A DNA stretch of 64,000 nt from Spirochaetia bacterium. Lineage in GTDB: Bacteria; Spirochaetota; Spirochaetia; CADAEX01. The stretch covers positions 128,001 through 192,000 of the forward strand of contig CAXXHA010000011.1 in assembly GCA_963662265.2 (NCBI GenBank), in the 5' to 3' direction. Positions 31,414-41,945 of this stretch are shown piece after piece. A program made the position numbers and the translations under genes. The notes beneath the pieces are model-generated. The model saw only the letters and a list, made by a program, of their open reading frames with translations, was not told the origin of the DNA and ran no database searches. Numbering within the stretch: the first letter of the stretch is position 1; the number at the start of each line of letters is the position of its first letter.

Positions 31414-32469
31414 ATGAGTAATAAAATAAAACTAAACAACAGGGGCTGGTTCACTGAAGAGGGATCTGAAAATGATGTAATAGTTTACAGCAGGATCAGT
31501 TTAAGCCGGAACATCAGGGAAACAGTCTTTCCTGCAAACATGGACAGGGAAACTGAAGAAAAATTTTACAGAGAAATAAGGACTGCTGTCGATAATCTTG
31601 ATAAGGGCAGTTTTTTTCATTTTTCAAAGCTTGACTACGATGCGAGGAAGCTTCTTTCCGAGAGGCACTATATCAAGGGTGGCGCTTCATTTGAAAGGGA
31701 CCCTGCAGTTTATATAACTGATGATGAAAAATATCTGATTGTTTTCAACCAGGATGATCATGTGATGATTAAATCATTCCGGGCAGGACTTGATTTACGT
31801 AAAGCATATAATAACTGCAATCTTGCGGATAATCTGCTTGAAGAGAAGCTCAGTTATGCCTGGTCTTCCAAATTCGGTTATCTCACATCTGACCTGACAG
31901 CTGCAGGCACAGGTCTTAAAAGCTCGGTAATGCTTTTTCTACCTGCAATAACAAGGACAGGGAAAATCGACAAGGTTATGAAGGATGTTATGCAGTCAGG
32001 TCTTTCTGTAACAGGTTTTGTCGGTGATGGAGATAATTCATCCGGCGATCAGTATATTATTGAAAACCAGTTTTCCATAGGGGAAAGTGAAGAGGAAATT
32101 ATAAACAGGATTGAGAGTATTTCTGTGATGATTACTGATTACGAACGTGAGGTCAGGGATTTTCTCTTTAAAAAAGAGGGAGCTGCACTGGAAGATGAGG
32201 TGATGAGAGCCTACGGAATACTTAAATACTGCAGAATATTGACAATTAATGAGGCTATTAAGAATCTTTCCCTGTTAAAATTGGGAAAATATCTTAATAT
32301 TATTAATGAAGGGTATATAACTTACTGTAATATCAATTGTTTATTAATTGAGATACAGAAAGCCCACTTGAATATGGCTTTATCGGGAAATGATGAAGCA
32401 GACATGAAAAGGGCTGAGTTAGTTCAAACCAGACTTTTTAAAGGGAAGGGAAAATGTTTAAAGGATTAA
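31414..32469 (+). CDS. mcsB: McsB-like protein arginine kinase (divergent active site)
   Basis: SRISLSRNI, LSERHYI, NQDDH, FGYLTS..GTGL, ENQFSIGESEEE; lies between mcsA and clpC. Confidence 0.82.
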   Translation: MSNKIKLNNRGWFTEEGSENDVIVYSRISLSRNIRETVFPANMDRETEEKFYREIRTAVDNLDKGSFFHFSKLDYDARKLLSERHYIKGGASFERDPAVYITDDEKYLIVFNQDDHVMIKSFRAGLDLRKAYNNCNLADNLLEEKLSYAWSSKFGYLTSDLTAAGTGLKSSVMLFLPAITRTGKIDKVMKDVMQSGLSVTGFVGDGDNSSGDQYIIENQFSIGESEEEIINRIESISVMITDYEREVRDFLFKKEGAALEDEVMRAYGILKYCRILTINEAIKNLSLLKLGKYLNIINEGYITYCNINCLLIEIQKAHLNMALSGNDEADMKRAELVQTRLFKGKGKCLKD

Positions 32470-34922
32470 CCAAAAGAGCACAGAAAATACTTGCATTGAT
32501 GGCTCAGGAAGAGGCTAAACGGTTTCATGCAGATCAGTTGCTTCCTGAACACATTATCCTTGCTGTCCTCAAAGAGGGGGAGGGACAGGCTCTTAAGGTA
32601 CTGCATAAAAACGGAATAGATTCCGCAAAACTTCAGCTTGAAATTGAAAAAAATATTTTCAGGAATAAAGCTGGATTTATTCTCGGCGATGTCCCCCTTT
32701 CGAAACGTGGTAAAAAAATACTCGAAGATTCAGCTGAAGAAGCAAGAAAACTCAACCAGGAATATATTGGAACAGAGCACCTGATTCTTGCAGCTGCCAA
32801 AGAGCCGGGAAGCATTATATCAATGTTTTTCTACAACAACGGTGTAAGCATAGAAATGCTCAGAGAATCTATTGTTGAATTGACAGCTCTTGTAAGAAAT
32901 GACAGCAAGATTACAAAGCAGATTTCCGTAAATAAGAAAAATGTTCTGCCTGTTTCAAAAAACACTCCTCTTCTGAATGAATTTGCAAAAGATCTTACTG
33001 ATATGGCAAGAAACAACAAGCTTGATCCGATTATAGGGAGGGAAAAAGAGATCTCCAGGGTTGTTCAGGTACTTGCTAGAAGAACAAAGAATAATCCTAT
33101 TCTTCTAGGCGAACCGGGAGTTGGAAAAACAGCAATTGTTGAGGGACTTGCCACAATAATTTCAAACAGGAGCGCTCCTGAAGTGCTTCACGGAAAGAGG
33201 CTGATGGTTCTTGATCTTGCATCTGTCATAGCAGGAACCAAGTACAGGGGCGAATTCGAAGAAAGACTCAAGAGAATAATGAAGGAAATAAAGAATTCCC
33301 GTGATGTTATTCTCTTCATCGATGAAATACACACAATAGTCGGAGCTGGCGGAGCTGAGGGCGCTATTGATGCATCAAACATGCTCAAACCTGCTCTCTC
33401 AAGAGGTGAAATACAGTGCATTGGTGCTACAACTTTAGGTGAATACCGAAAAAATATAGAAAAAGATACAGCGCTGGAAAGACGGTTTCAGCCTATACTG
33501 ATTGAGGAACCGACCCAGGACGAGACAATCGATATACTTAAAGGGATAAAAAACTATTATGAGGAATTCCATAATGTTACTTATACAGAAGAAGCCCTTG
33601 TATTGAGCGTAAAGCTTGCATCCCGGTATATCACAGACAGGCTTCTTCCTGACAAGGCAATTGATATAATTGATGAGGCAGGATCCAGGAAGAGGATAAT
33701 GTCCAGGGAAAAACCGGAAGAACTTGACAGTGTAATAAAACAGATAGAAGACCTTAACCATGAGAAAAAAGGGCATGTGAATAACCAGGATTATGAAAAA
33801 GCTGCTGCTGTCAGGGATTCCCTCAATAATCTGAAGGAAAAAAAGGATTCCCTTGAAAACAAATGGAAGCAGGAAATCAGGCTTGAACATAACCTGATTG
33901 AAGAGGGTGATGTATACAGGGTTATTTCTGAAATAACAGGAATACCTCTTTCCAGGATTGCTGAAAATGAAACAGACAAGCTTCTCAAGATTGAAGATTA
34001 CCTCCACGAAACTGTTGTCGGCCAGGAAGAGGCAATATCATCTGTAGCATCCGCAATAAGAAGAGGACGGGCAGGTATATCTGCACCTGAAAGACCTCTC
34101 GGTTCTTTCATTTTCCTCGGACCTACAGGTGTCGGAAAAACTCTTCTTGCAAAAACACTTGCTGAATTCCTTTTCGGAACCCAGGATGCTCTTATCAGGA
34201 TTGATATGTCAGACTACATGGAAAAGCATAATTCATCCCGTCTGGTAGGTTCTCCTCCGGGTTACGTGGGGTATGAAGAGGGTGGTGTTCTCACAGAAAA
34301 GGTGAGAAGGAAACCCTACTGTGTAATTCTCTTTGATGAAATTGAAAAAGCACACCCTGATGTATTCAACCTGATGCTGCAGATCCTCGAAGAGGGTGAA
34401 CTTCAGGACAACCTCGGGCACAGGGTATCATTCAGGAATGCGGTTATTATAATGACTTCAAATGCAGGGGCTAGAGATATCTCAACAGGATTTTCTCTCG
34501 GCTTCAAGGCTCAGGAGCATATTACATATGCGGAAATAAAGTCTTCCGCTCTCAATGAGCTTAAAAGGATATTCAGGCCGGAATTCCTCAACAGGGTTGA
34601 TGAAACTGTAGTTTTTGACAGCCTTTCAAGGAAGCAGATAGAAATGATTCTTGAAAAACAGCTTGATGAACTCAGGAGAAGGGTCAGCGATAAGAATCTT
34701 GTAATCGAAGTGACTGAATCTGCAAAAGAATATCTTATTCATGAAGGATGGGACACTAGATACGGCGCAAGACCGCTTCGAAGAGTTCTTCAGAAAGAGG
34801 TTGAAGACAGAATGTCCACTCTGATAATAAAGAGGGAAATAGTTGACAATGCTTCTGTCCTTATAGATTTTAACGGGGATGAACTTGTAATAATGAACAA
34901 GGCGGAAAAAGTAAATACATAA
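32454..34922 (+). CDS. clpC: ATP-dependent Clp protease ATPase ClpC
   Basis: Clp-N repeats, [11 protein letters not shown] coiled coil, [23 protein letters not shown]. Confidence 0.96.
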   Translation: MFKGLTKRAQKILALMAQEEAKRFHADQLLPEHIILAVLKEGEGQALKVLHKNGIDSAKLQLEIEKNIFRNKAGFILGDVPLSKRGKKILEDSAEEARKLNQEYIGTEHLILAAAKEPGSIISMFFYNNGVSIEMLRESIVELTALVRNDSKITKQISVNKKNVLPVSKNTPLLNEFAKDLTDMARNNKLDPIIGREKEISRVVQVLARRTKNNPILLGEPGVGKTAIVEGLATIISNRSAPEVLHGKRLMVLDLASVIAGTKYRGEFEERLKRIMKEIKNSRDVILFIDEIHTIVGAGGAEGAIDASNMLKPALSRGEIQCIGATTLGEYRKNIEKDTALERRFQPILIEEPTQDETIDILKGIKNYYEEFHNVTYTEEALVLSVKLASRYITDRLLPDKAIDIIDEAGSRKRIMSREKPEELDSVIKQIEDLNHEKKGHVNNQDYEKAAAVRDSLNNLKEKKDSLENKWKQEIRLEHNLIEEGDVYRVISEITGIPLSRIAENETDKLLKIEDYLHETVVGQEEAISSVASAIRRGRAGISAPERPLGSFIFLGPTGVGKTLLAKTLAEFLFGTQDALIRIDMSDYMEKHNSSRLVGSPPGYVGYEEGGVLTEKVRRKPYCVILFDEIEKAHPDVFNLMLQILEEGELQDNLGHRVSFRNAVIIMTSNAGARDISTGFSLGFKAQEHITYAEIKSSALNELKRIFRPEFLNRVDETVVFDSLSRKQIEMILEKQLDELRRRVSDKNLVIEVTESAKEYLIHEGWDTRYGARPLRRVLQKEVEDRMSTLIIKREIVDNASVLIDFNGDELVIMNKAEKVNT

Positions 34923-34950
34923 AAAAGCCTCATAAAAACCGGATAAACAT

Positions 34951-34984
34951 AAAAGCAGCCTGTTCAAGCAGCAGGCTGCTTTTT
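34951..34984 (+). terminator. Intrinsic terminator
   Basis: AAAAGCAGCCTG / CAGGCTGCTTTT stem. Confidence 0.8.
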
Positions 34985-35032
34985 ATATATAATACTTGAT
35001 AATTGATTATTAACAATTTATAATCAATCAGA

Positions 35033-35962
35033 ATGAATCTTGAATTATTTGTCCTTGGATGCGGTGGTATGATGCCTCTCCCCGGAAGGCATCTTACATC
35101 TGTGCTGCTCAGGCGTGAAGGCGATCTTTTCATGTTTGACTGCGGCGAAGCAACACAGATATCACTGAAACGATTAAATCTCAGATGGAAGAAAATATCT
35201 GTAATACTCATTTCCCATACACATGCCGACCATATAACAGGTCTGCCCGGTATACTCATGCTCTCCTCCCAGGTTGACCGTGATGAACCTCTTTACATAA
35301 TTGGTCCTCCCAAAACAGCGGAATATGTTGAGGAGAGCAGAAGAATACTTGATATGTATATCAATTACGAAATAGTTATAAAAGAGATCACTGAGCCTGG
35401 AATTGTCTTTGAAACAGATGATTATTATATAAACAGCTTCCGGCTGAATCATACAAAAATATGTTACGGCTATAGCTTTAAAGAGAAGGAAAGACCGGGC
35501 GAGTTTTTCCCTGATAAGGCTCTGTCGCTTGGTGTTCCCAAGGGAAGAGACTGGTCAAGGCTGCAGAACGGTGCAAGTGTTGAGCTTGAAAACGGATCAG
35601 TTATAACGCCTGATATGGTAACCGGTGAAAAACGTTCAGGTAGAAAGGTGAGTTTCGTGACTGATACAGCCTATCTTCCCACTATTGCAGAAAATGTTAC
35701 CGGTTCTGATGTGTTTATATGTGAAGGGATGTTTACTGACGATCTTGAAGAAAGCGCTGCCTCAAAAAGGCACCTTACGTCCCGGCAGGCTGCAAAAATA
35801 GCAAATGAAGCAGGCGGAATAGGTAAGATGGGGCTTATCCATTACAGCCCCAGGTATACTGACAGGGACCTTAAAAGGCTGCTTGAAGAAGCATCTGAAG
35901 ATTTTCCCGATACATTTTTAACACGAGACAGGCAGGTCCTTAAAATAAAATACAGGGACTGA
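35033..35962 (+). CDS. rnz: Ribonuclease Z
   Basis: FDCGEATQ, SHTHADHITG, exosite with GVPKG, TDT, HLT, HYSPRY. Confidence 0.93.
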   Translation: MNLELFVLGCGGMMPLPGRHLTSVLLRREGDLFMFDCGEATQISLKRLNLRWKKISVILISHTHADHITGLPGILMLSSQVDRDEPLYIIGPPKTAEYVEESRRILDMYINYEIVIKEITEPGIVFETDDYYINSFRLNHTKICYGYSFKEKERPGEFFPDKALSLGVPKGRDWSRLQNGASVELENGSVITPDMVTGEKRSGRKVSFVTDTAYLPTIAENVTGSDVFICEGMFTDDLEESAASKRHLTSRQAAKIANEAGGIGKMGLIHYSPRYTDRDLKRLLEEASEDFPDTFLTRDRQVLKIKYRD

Positions 35963-36193
35963 AATGTTTAACAAATGTTATAATTCAAACGCATTTATTT
36001 ATGATATAAATAAATGCATAAAAATAACTTGATTGCTTGTAATAAATTAGTAATTTTATATGTGTAAAATATTCTTCCCGGAAAGAGAGGAAGTAATGAT
36101 AAGGCATGTATAAAATGAAAGTTGAAAATCAGCCTGAAAATTAAACTGGATGAAAGCTTCTAAAAATTAAAAATGAAGGAGGGAAACTTATAA

Positions 36194-37126
36194 ATGATTA
36201 ATACTGATAATGTTGTCAAAAAATACGGCAAAGTGAAAGCTGTAGACAAAGTTTCTATTAATATCGGTAAAGGCGAAATTGTCGGATTGCTTGGACCCAA
36301 CGGCGCCGGAAAAACAACAATAATGAAGATCCTTACCGGTTACCATTTTCCGTCTAACGGCAGTGCATCTATTAATGGTTTTGATGTATATGATAATCCG
36401 CTTAAAGTTAAGGAATCAATCGGGTATCTTCCCGAAATGGCACCTCTGTATAATGACCTCAATGTATATGAATACCTCTCTTTTATAGCAGATGTCAGAA
36501 AAATACCTGCTGACAGAAAAAAGAAAGAGATAGAACGGGTTGTTGAAGAGTGCGGACTTCAGGCAGTTCTCTACAGACAGATTGAAAAACTGTCAAAGGG
36601 TTACAGACAGAGGGTTGGACTTGCCCAGGCAATTATCCATTCACCTGAAATCCTTATTCTTGATGAACCTACAACAGGTCTTGATCCGAACCAGATTATT
36701 GAAATCAGAAAGCTTATTAAGAGACTGGGAGAAAAGAAAACAGTAATTCTTTCAACTCATATTCTTCAGGAAGTGGAAGCTGTATGCAACAGGGTTCTTA
36801 TACTGAATAAAGGTGCAATTGTTGCCAAAGGTACAGCAGATGAAATAAGGAAGGAACTGAAAGGGGATACCAGAATTTCACTTGAAATCAAGGCAGACAG
36901 CTACAACGGGGCAGTCCAGTCGCTTGAGGCTCTCTCTTCTGTTAAAGAGATAATAAAATCAGAAGAAACAAACAGTCTTCTGGAAATAAAGGTTGCTGTT
37001 GATTCAGATACAGAAAACGCTGCAGAGGAAATATTTGACTGGGCTGTATCTAAGGGTTACAAAATTCTTTCAATGGTTCCTGAAAAAGTAAGCCTTGAAG
37101 ATATTTTTATTAAGCTGACAAATTAG
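36194..37126 (+). CDS. ABC ATP-binding protein (GldA-like)
   Basis: GPNGAGKTT, LSKGYRQRVGLAQA, LDEPTTGLDPNQI. Confidence 0.9.
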   Translation: MINTDNVVKKYGKVKAVDKVSINIGKGEIVGLLGPNGAGKTTIMKILTGYHFPSNGSASINGFDVYDNPLKVKESIGYLPEMAPLYNDLNVYEYLSFIADVRKIPADRKKKEIERVVEECGLQAVLYRQIEKLSKGYRQRVGLAQAIIHSPEILILDEPTTGLDPNQIIEIRKLIKRLGEKKTVILSTHILQEVEAVCNRVLILNKGAIVAKGTADEIRKELKGDTRISLEIKADSYNGAVQSLEALSSVKEIIKSEETNSLLEIKVAVDSDTENAAEEIFDWAVSKGYKILSMVPEKVSLEDIFIKLTN

Positions 37127-37136
37127 GAGATTAAAA

Positions 37137-37850
37137 GTGAATATATCCGGATTGATAAAGAAGGAATTAAAATCATATTTTAATTCCCCTATTGCATATA
37201 TTGTTGTATTGTTTTTTGTGATGTTTTCAAACATCTACTATTTTTTCTTTAACCAGTTCTTTGCGCAGAATATTGCATCAATGAGATCATATTTTGCTCT
37301 CATGCCGGTCATTTTTGTAATACTTATACCTTCAATAACAATGAGAAGCTGGGCGGAGGAAAAGAAACTCGGGACAGAAGAGCTTCTTCTCACACTTCCT
37401 ATGAGAGATGTTGATTTTGTGCTTGGAAAATTTTTAAGCTCACTTATCCTTCTTGGAATAATGCTTCTTCTTACAGTCCCTGTTCCAATGACTCTGAGCA
37501 TTATGGGTGATTTTGAAAACGGGCAGATAATTGGAGAATATTTCGGTACGCTTCTTCTCGGAGCTGCAGGGCTTGCTGTCGGACAGTTTATTTCATCTGT
37601 AACATCCAACCAGATAAGCGCTTTTATCTTCAGCGTTATAGGACTTCTTTTTATAACAATGATTGGAGAAGTAAGCTTTCTCTTTAATATGCCGGGATGG
37701 CTTGCAGATTTTTGCAGCTACCTTTCTTTTTCATACCACTTCGAATCACTCAAGAAAGGGCTTCTTGATACACGTGACTTAATATACTTCATGATAATTA
37801 CGCTGTATTTTCTGTATCTTAACACTAAAGTGATTGAAATAAGGAAATAA
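37137..37850 (+). CDS. ABC-2 permease (GldF-like)
   Basis: YFNSPIAY, TMRSWAEEKKLGTEELLLTLP, NQISAF. Confidence 0.88.
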   Translation: MNISGLIKKELKSYFNSPIAYIVVLFFVMFSNIYYFFFNQFFAQNIASMRSYFALMPVIFVILIPSITMRSWAEEKKLGTEELLLTLPMRDVDFVLGKFLSSLILLGIMLLLTVPVPMTLSIMGDFENGQIIGEYFGTLLLGAAGLAVGQFISSVTSNQISAFIFSVIGLLFITMIGEVSFLFNMPGWLADFCSYLSFSYHFESLKKGLLDTRDLIYFMIITLYFLYLNTKVIEIRK

Positions 37851-37867
37851 GGGGAGGAGGAATAAAA

Positions 37868-39379
37868 GTGAACAATAAAATAAAACAGATAATCCTGCTT
37901 GTGCTTGTTTCCGCACTGTTTGTGGTTATAGGACTGAACAGCACACGGTTTTTCAGGAGATTGGACTTAACTGAGAATAAATCATTTACAATTTCCGATG
38001 TATCAAAAGATATAATCAGTACAATACCGGGTAATGTACAGATTACATATTTTCTTTCTGACAAGATCAGGAATATTACTCCTGTAGCTGCGGAAATTGA
38101 AGACCTTCTTTATGAATATTCGGCAAATTCCAGGGGACATGTAGCTGTAACAGTTCTTGATCCGCTGAAAACAAATACAGGGAAAAAAGCAGAGAATCTG
38201 GGGGTCCAGGCCCAGCAGATAGAAGTTTATGAGAAAAATGAACAGTCTTTTGCAATGGTTTATTCAGGTATAACAGTACAGTACCTGGACCAGGTGGAAA
38301 CAATCCCGTTTATAATAAACCTTGAGACACTTGAATATGAAATAACATATAAAATCAGAAAACTTGTCGAAAACCTGAATACAAAAATCGGGATAGTAAT
38401 CGGGGACAACCGGAAAACAATGGAAAACAGTTTTTCATTCCTCGGAGAAAAGCTTTCAGCATCATTTGAAATTGAACAGATACAGCCGGGTATGGAAATT
38501 GCAGATGACTACTCGGGAATCATAGTTCTCGGTGGAAAAGATCTTACAGAAAGCGATCTTCTTTATATTGATGAATACATAATGCACGGCGGCAAGGTGA
38601 TGTTCTGTGTTGACGGTGTAGAAGTTGAAATGACAAGAAACCTTGAAGCAACAGTTCTCGAAGATGCCCCTGTATTTAAAATGATAGAAAAATACGGAGT
38701 TAAGATCAACAGAGACCTTGTTATTGATAAATATGCAAGAAGAATACCTTTGAGAGGATCTTTCCCCATGCTTTATCCTCAGTGGGTTTCTGTTGCGGCT
38801 GAAAATGTTTCAAAAGAAAATCCTGTTACAAGCAGGTTTGCAGGCCTTGATCTTCTATGGACCAGCTCAATAGAAAAATCAGAAACAGACAGTAAAGTTG
38901 AAATAGAAAAACTGCTTTCCTCTTCAGACCAGGCATACTCAATAAAGGAAAATATAACTGCCAATCCTTATGAGGTTAACGGACTTGCAGCGAATGAAAA
39001 CCTTGAAAGAGGTGTTGTTGATTTCGGGTATGTTGTAAGCGGTAATTTCAAGAGCTACTTTACAGACAAGGAAAGCCCTGATAACAGGATGATTGTAATA
39101 GGGGATTCCGACTTTGCATCAGATGTAATAAGATATTCAGACAGCCCGTTTAATATTGTTTTTGCTGAAAATGCGCTTGAATGGCTTGCTATTGATGATT
39201 CCCTTCTTTCTATCAAAACAAGGGACAAGAGAGATATGAGGCTTAATAAGATTCAGATTCCCGAACAGAAAGTAAAGGCAATTCTTTTTGTTTATCTTGT
39301 CAATATCGTATTAATTCCTGCTGCAGTAATTGCATTTGGAGTAATAAGATTCATAAAACGAAAAAGAAAAGAATCTTAA
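37868..39379 (+). CDS. GldG-like ABC auxiliary protein
   Basis: RLDLTENKSFTIS, LEYEIT, DEYIMHGG, VIGDSDF; N- and C-terminal TM helices. Confidence 0.85.
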   Translation: MNNKIKQIILLVLVSALFVVIGLNSTRFFRRLDLTENKSFTISDVSKDIISTIPGNVQITYFLSDKIRNITPVAAEIEDLLYEYSANSRGHVAVTVLDPLKTNTGKKAENLGVQAQQIEVYEKNEQSFAMVYSGITVQYLDQVETIPFIINLETLEYEITYKIRKLVENLNTKIGIVIGDNRKTMENSFSFLGEKLSASFEIEQIQPGMEIADDYSGIIVLGGKDLTESDLLYIDEYIMHGGKVMFCVDGVEVEMTRNLEATVLEDAPVFKMIEKYGVKINRDLVIDKYARRIPLRGSFPMLYPQWVSVAAENVSKENPVTSRFAGLDLLWTSSIEKSETDSKVEIEKLLSSSDQAYSIKENITANPYEVNGLAANENLERGVVDFGYVVSGNFKSYFTDKESPDNRMIVIGDSDFASDVIRYSDSPFNIVFAENALEWLAIDDSLLSIKTRDKRDMRLNKIQIPEQKVKAILFVYLVNIVLIPAAVIAFGVIRFIKRKRKES

Positions 39380-39400
39380 TGTTGAAGCGGGGTAATAATC

Positions 39401-40339
39401 ATGACTTTTAAAAACAAAATAATATCACTATCATCTGCTATTGCAGTGCTGACAATAATTTATATACTTGGTGCAGTTTTTTCTCCCGAAAGGATGCAGG
39501 AAAAAAAATCACAGGAAAAGCTTTTTGATATCAAGCAGCTTGAAACTGTCGTCAAAATAAAAGTATCAACAAATGACGGATTTGCTGAAATTGTGAAAGA
39601 GGGCGGGGAATGGATGGTTTATTCCGGAAGCAGCAAATATCCGGCCTCAGAACATAAAATTGATAATTTTCTTGATTCCATATTCAATCTGAATAAATTC
39701 CAGACAGTGGGAACTGATAAAAAACACTGGGAAAAGTTTGATCTTACAGAAGATAAAGCAAGAAGTGTTACGCTTGATAATGACAGCGGAGAAATGTTTA
39801 CCCTCTACCTTGGTAAAAGCGGACCGGCTGAGCGCGGTGAATATATCAGAAGCACAAAATCCGATGAATGCTATCTTACAGACGGATCATTCAAAAGATA
39901 TTTTTACAAAGATATCAATTACTGGAGTCATCTGAGAATTCTTGATGAAGAAATTGACAGTGCAAGCATTATTTCAATGGATATAACTGCTGATGTTGAT
40001 GTAAAGGGTGAAAACTTTAAAGGCGCTCTCAAACTTGTAAAAGAGGATGCAGAGGGTAATTATGAGTGGTACAATCCTGAAAATAATGAAAAATTCCAGA
40101 GAAGCAAGGCTGACACTATTGCCAACAATATATCAGCACTTGTTGCAGACAGCTATACTGAGGAAAAACTCTCAAGAAAAGATGTTGTAATCAAAATAGA
40201 AACTGAAAAATTCGGAAAGCAGATTATCGATATACAGAAAAAAAGTGAAGACCGCTTCCTGATAAATATAAGAGGTGATAAATATACTTTTATAATAAAT
40301 CAGTATAAGATACACAGAATAATCAGCCGTATTAACTAA
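39401..40339 (+). CDS. DUF4340-like protein
   Basis: N-terminal TM helix; usual fourth gene of GldA/F/G-like clusters; YPA...LYLGK...YIR pattern. Confidence 0.7.
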   Translation: MTFKNKIISLSSAIAVLTIIYILGAVFSPERMQEKKSQEKLFDIKQLETVVKIKVSTNDGFAEIVKEGGEWMVYSGSSKYPASEHKIDNFLDSIFNLNKFQTVGTDKKHWEKFDLTEDKARSVTLDNDSGEMFTLYLGKSGPAERGEYIRSTKSDECYLTDGSFKRYFYKDINYWSHLRILDEEIDSASIISMDITADVDVKGENFKGALKLVKEDAEGNYEWYNPENNEKFQRSKADTIANNISALVADSYTEEKLSRKDVVIKIETEKFGKQIIDIQKKSEDRFLINIRGDKYTFIINQYKIHRIISRIN

Positions 40340-40488
40340 ACGCCTGATACAGGCTGCACCTGGAACAGAGTATCGTAATTATTTATATGCTTTGTCTGAC
40401 AGGTGTCAGCCGGATTAAACATAATAACTATACCTTAAATGTGGTAAAGCTTATTCTTATAGTCTTAAATATTGGGTGAAAGAATAAT

Positions 40489-40533
40489 AAAAGCTGCAGG
40501 ATCTGTAAAATCTTACATCCTGCAGCTTTTTTT
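40489..40533 (+). terminator. Intrinsic terminator
   Basis: AAAAGCTGCAGGAT / ATCCTGCAGCTTTT followed by a T-run. Confidence 0.8.
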
Positions 40534-40546
40534 GATTAATGTAAGA

Positions 40547-40574
40547 TTGACAATAAGTAAAAATATTATATAAT
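40547..40574 (+). promoter_or_regulatory. Consensus sigma70 promoter
   Basis: TTGACA-N16-TATAAT upstream of the TIM-barrel gene. Confidence 0.65.
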
Positions 40575-40749
40575 TGATTGAAGAAAGCAATTAAAGCTTT
40601 TATATTATGGCTGACACCGGGGATGATTTATCTGTGATATATGCATAAAAATGCATGAAACAATGTCTGCTGATGAATGTAAACAGTTTATCATCATAAA
40701 TAAATCTAACCCAGTATCTGCCATAAATTTATCACAATGGAGAAAAATT

Positions 40750-41574
40750 ATGGGTAAGTTAAATTACGGTCTCAACAGAATCATGGCACCGGGTCATGAC
40801 CTTGAAACATTTTTCAGAATTACATCAGAAATGGGGTTGAAGTACCTGGAAGTACGAAATGATCTCCCGGGTAATAAAATTTATGACGGCTACTCTGCTG
40901 AAAAAGTGAATGAATTATCTGAAAAATACGGTGTAACAATTATTACTGTAAATGCAGTACAGCAGTTCAACAGAAAAGGTAATCTTGATGAAAAACTCGA
41001 TGAAGTTGAAAAGATGGTTGAAGATGCTGCAAAAGTGGGATGCAGGGGAATAATACTGTGCCCTTTGAATGATCCTGAAGATAAAAGGTCAGATGATGAA
41101 TCACTTGATGATACAGTAAAAGCACTTAATAAATATGGAAGAGTTTTCAGAGACAATAATGTTACAGGACTTGTAGAACCTCTCGGATTTTCCATATGTT
41201 CAATCAGGACAAAGAAAAAAGCTGTAAACGCTATTAATGCATCAGATTTTTCTGAAAGCTATAAAATAGTACACGACACATTCCATCATTATCTTGCAGG
41301 GGAAGGTGAAATATTTCCTGCGGAGACAGGTCTTGTTCATATTTCAGGAGTTGAAGATAACCTTCCCAAAGAAGATATTACTGATGACAACAGAATCCTT
41401 ATCAGAGAAAAAGATATTATGGGTAATCTCAAGCAGATTAAAGATATGTTTGACGGAGGGTATAAAGGTGTATTTTCTTTTGAACCTTTTGGACCGGCAG
41501 TACAGAAACTCAGCATAGCTGAACTTGAAGAAGGACTTAAGGAAAGCATAAGCCTTATAGAAGCAGCTGTATAA
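40750..41574 (+). CDS. Xylose-isomerase-like TIM barrel sugar isomerase/epimerase (IolI-like)
   Basis: ATG at 40750 after GGAG; LNRIMAP, EVRNDL, LCPLND, VEPLGF, HDTFHH, HISGV, SFEPF. Confidence 0.8.
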   Translation: MGKLNYGLNRIMAPGHDLETFFRITSEMGLKYLEVRNDLPGNKIYDGYSAEKVNELSEKYGVTIITVNAVQQFNRKGNLDEKLDEVEKMVEDAAKVGCRGIILCPLNDPEDKRSDDESLDDTVKALNKYGRVFRDNNVTGLVEPLGFSICSIRTKKKAVNAINASDFSESYKIVHDTFHHYLAGEGEIFPAETGLVHISGVEDNLPKEDITDDNRILIREKDIMGNLKQIKDMFDGGYKGVFSFEPFGPAVQKLSIAELEEGLKESISLIEAAV

Positions 41575-41772
41575 ACAATTATTTGAATAGTTTATGCATG
41601 TTATATAAAATAATATGATTGCATAACAATGTTTAATTTGAAGATTTTTATTCGCAGGTCGGGAGTAATACCCAGAAGATTGCTGCATAATTTTGAAAAA
41701 AAGTAAGATTTTAATTGTATATTTTTTTTGAATCCTGGATCCGATGTACAATCAATTCCTTACCAGGATGGA

Positions 41773-41807
41773 TGGGCTTCTCGTAACCTTCGGTTACGAG
41801 AAGCCCA
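41773..41807. repeat. Perfect 16-bp inverted repeat with a 3-nt loop
   Basis: TGGGCTTCTCGTAACC-TTC-GGTTACGAGAAGCCCA. Confidence 0.9.
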
Positions 41808-41945
41808 GAACCGCATACTACGCTGCTTATTGATATATACTTCAGGGTTAGGCAATGTCGTTGATTTCTCCCCCGGATTTCATATCCGGGGGATGTTTTA
41901 GGTAAATATAATCAAACAGTAAATTATCAGTTCAGGGAGAATTTC

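Noticed and set aside
41621-41853. Integron attC site (GCATAAC ... GTTAGGC) or group II intron 3' remnant
   Set aside because: Core sites are too far apart without attC-like pairing; no integrase or cassette; no convincing domain V or bulged-A domain VI.
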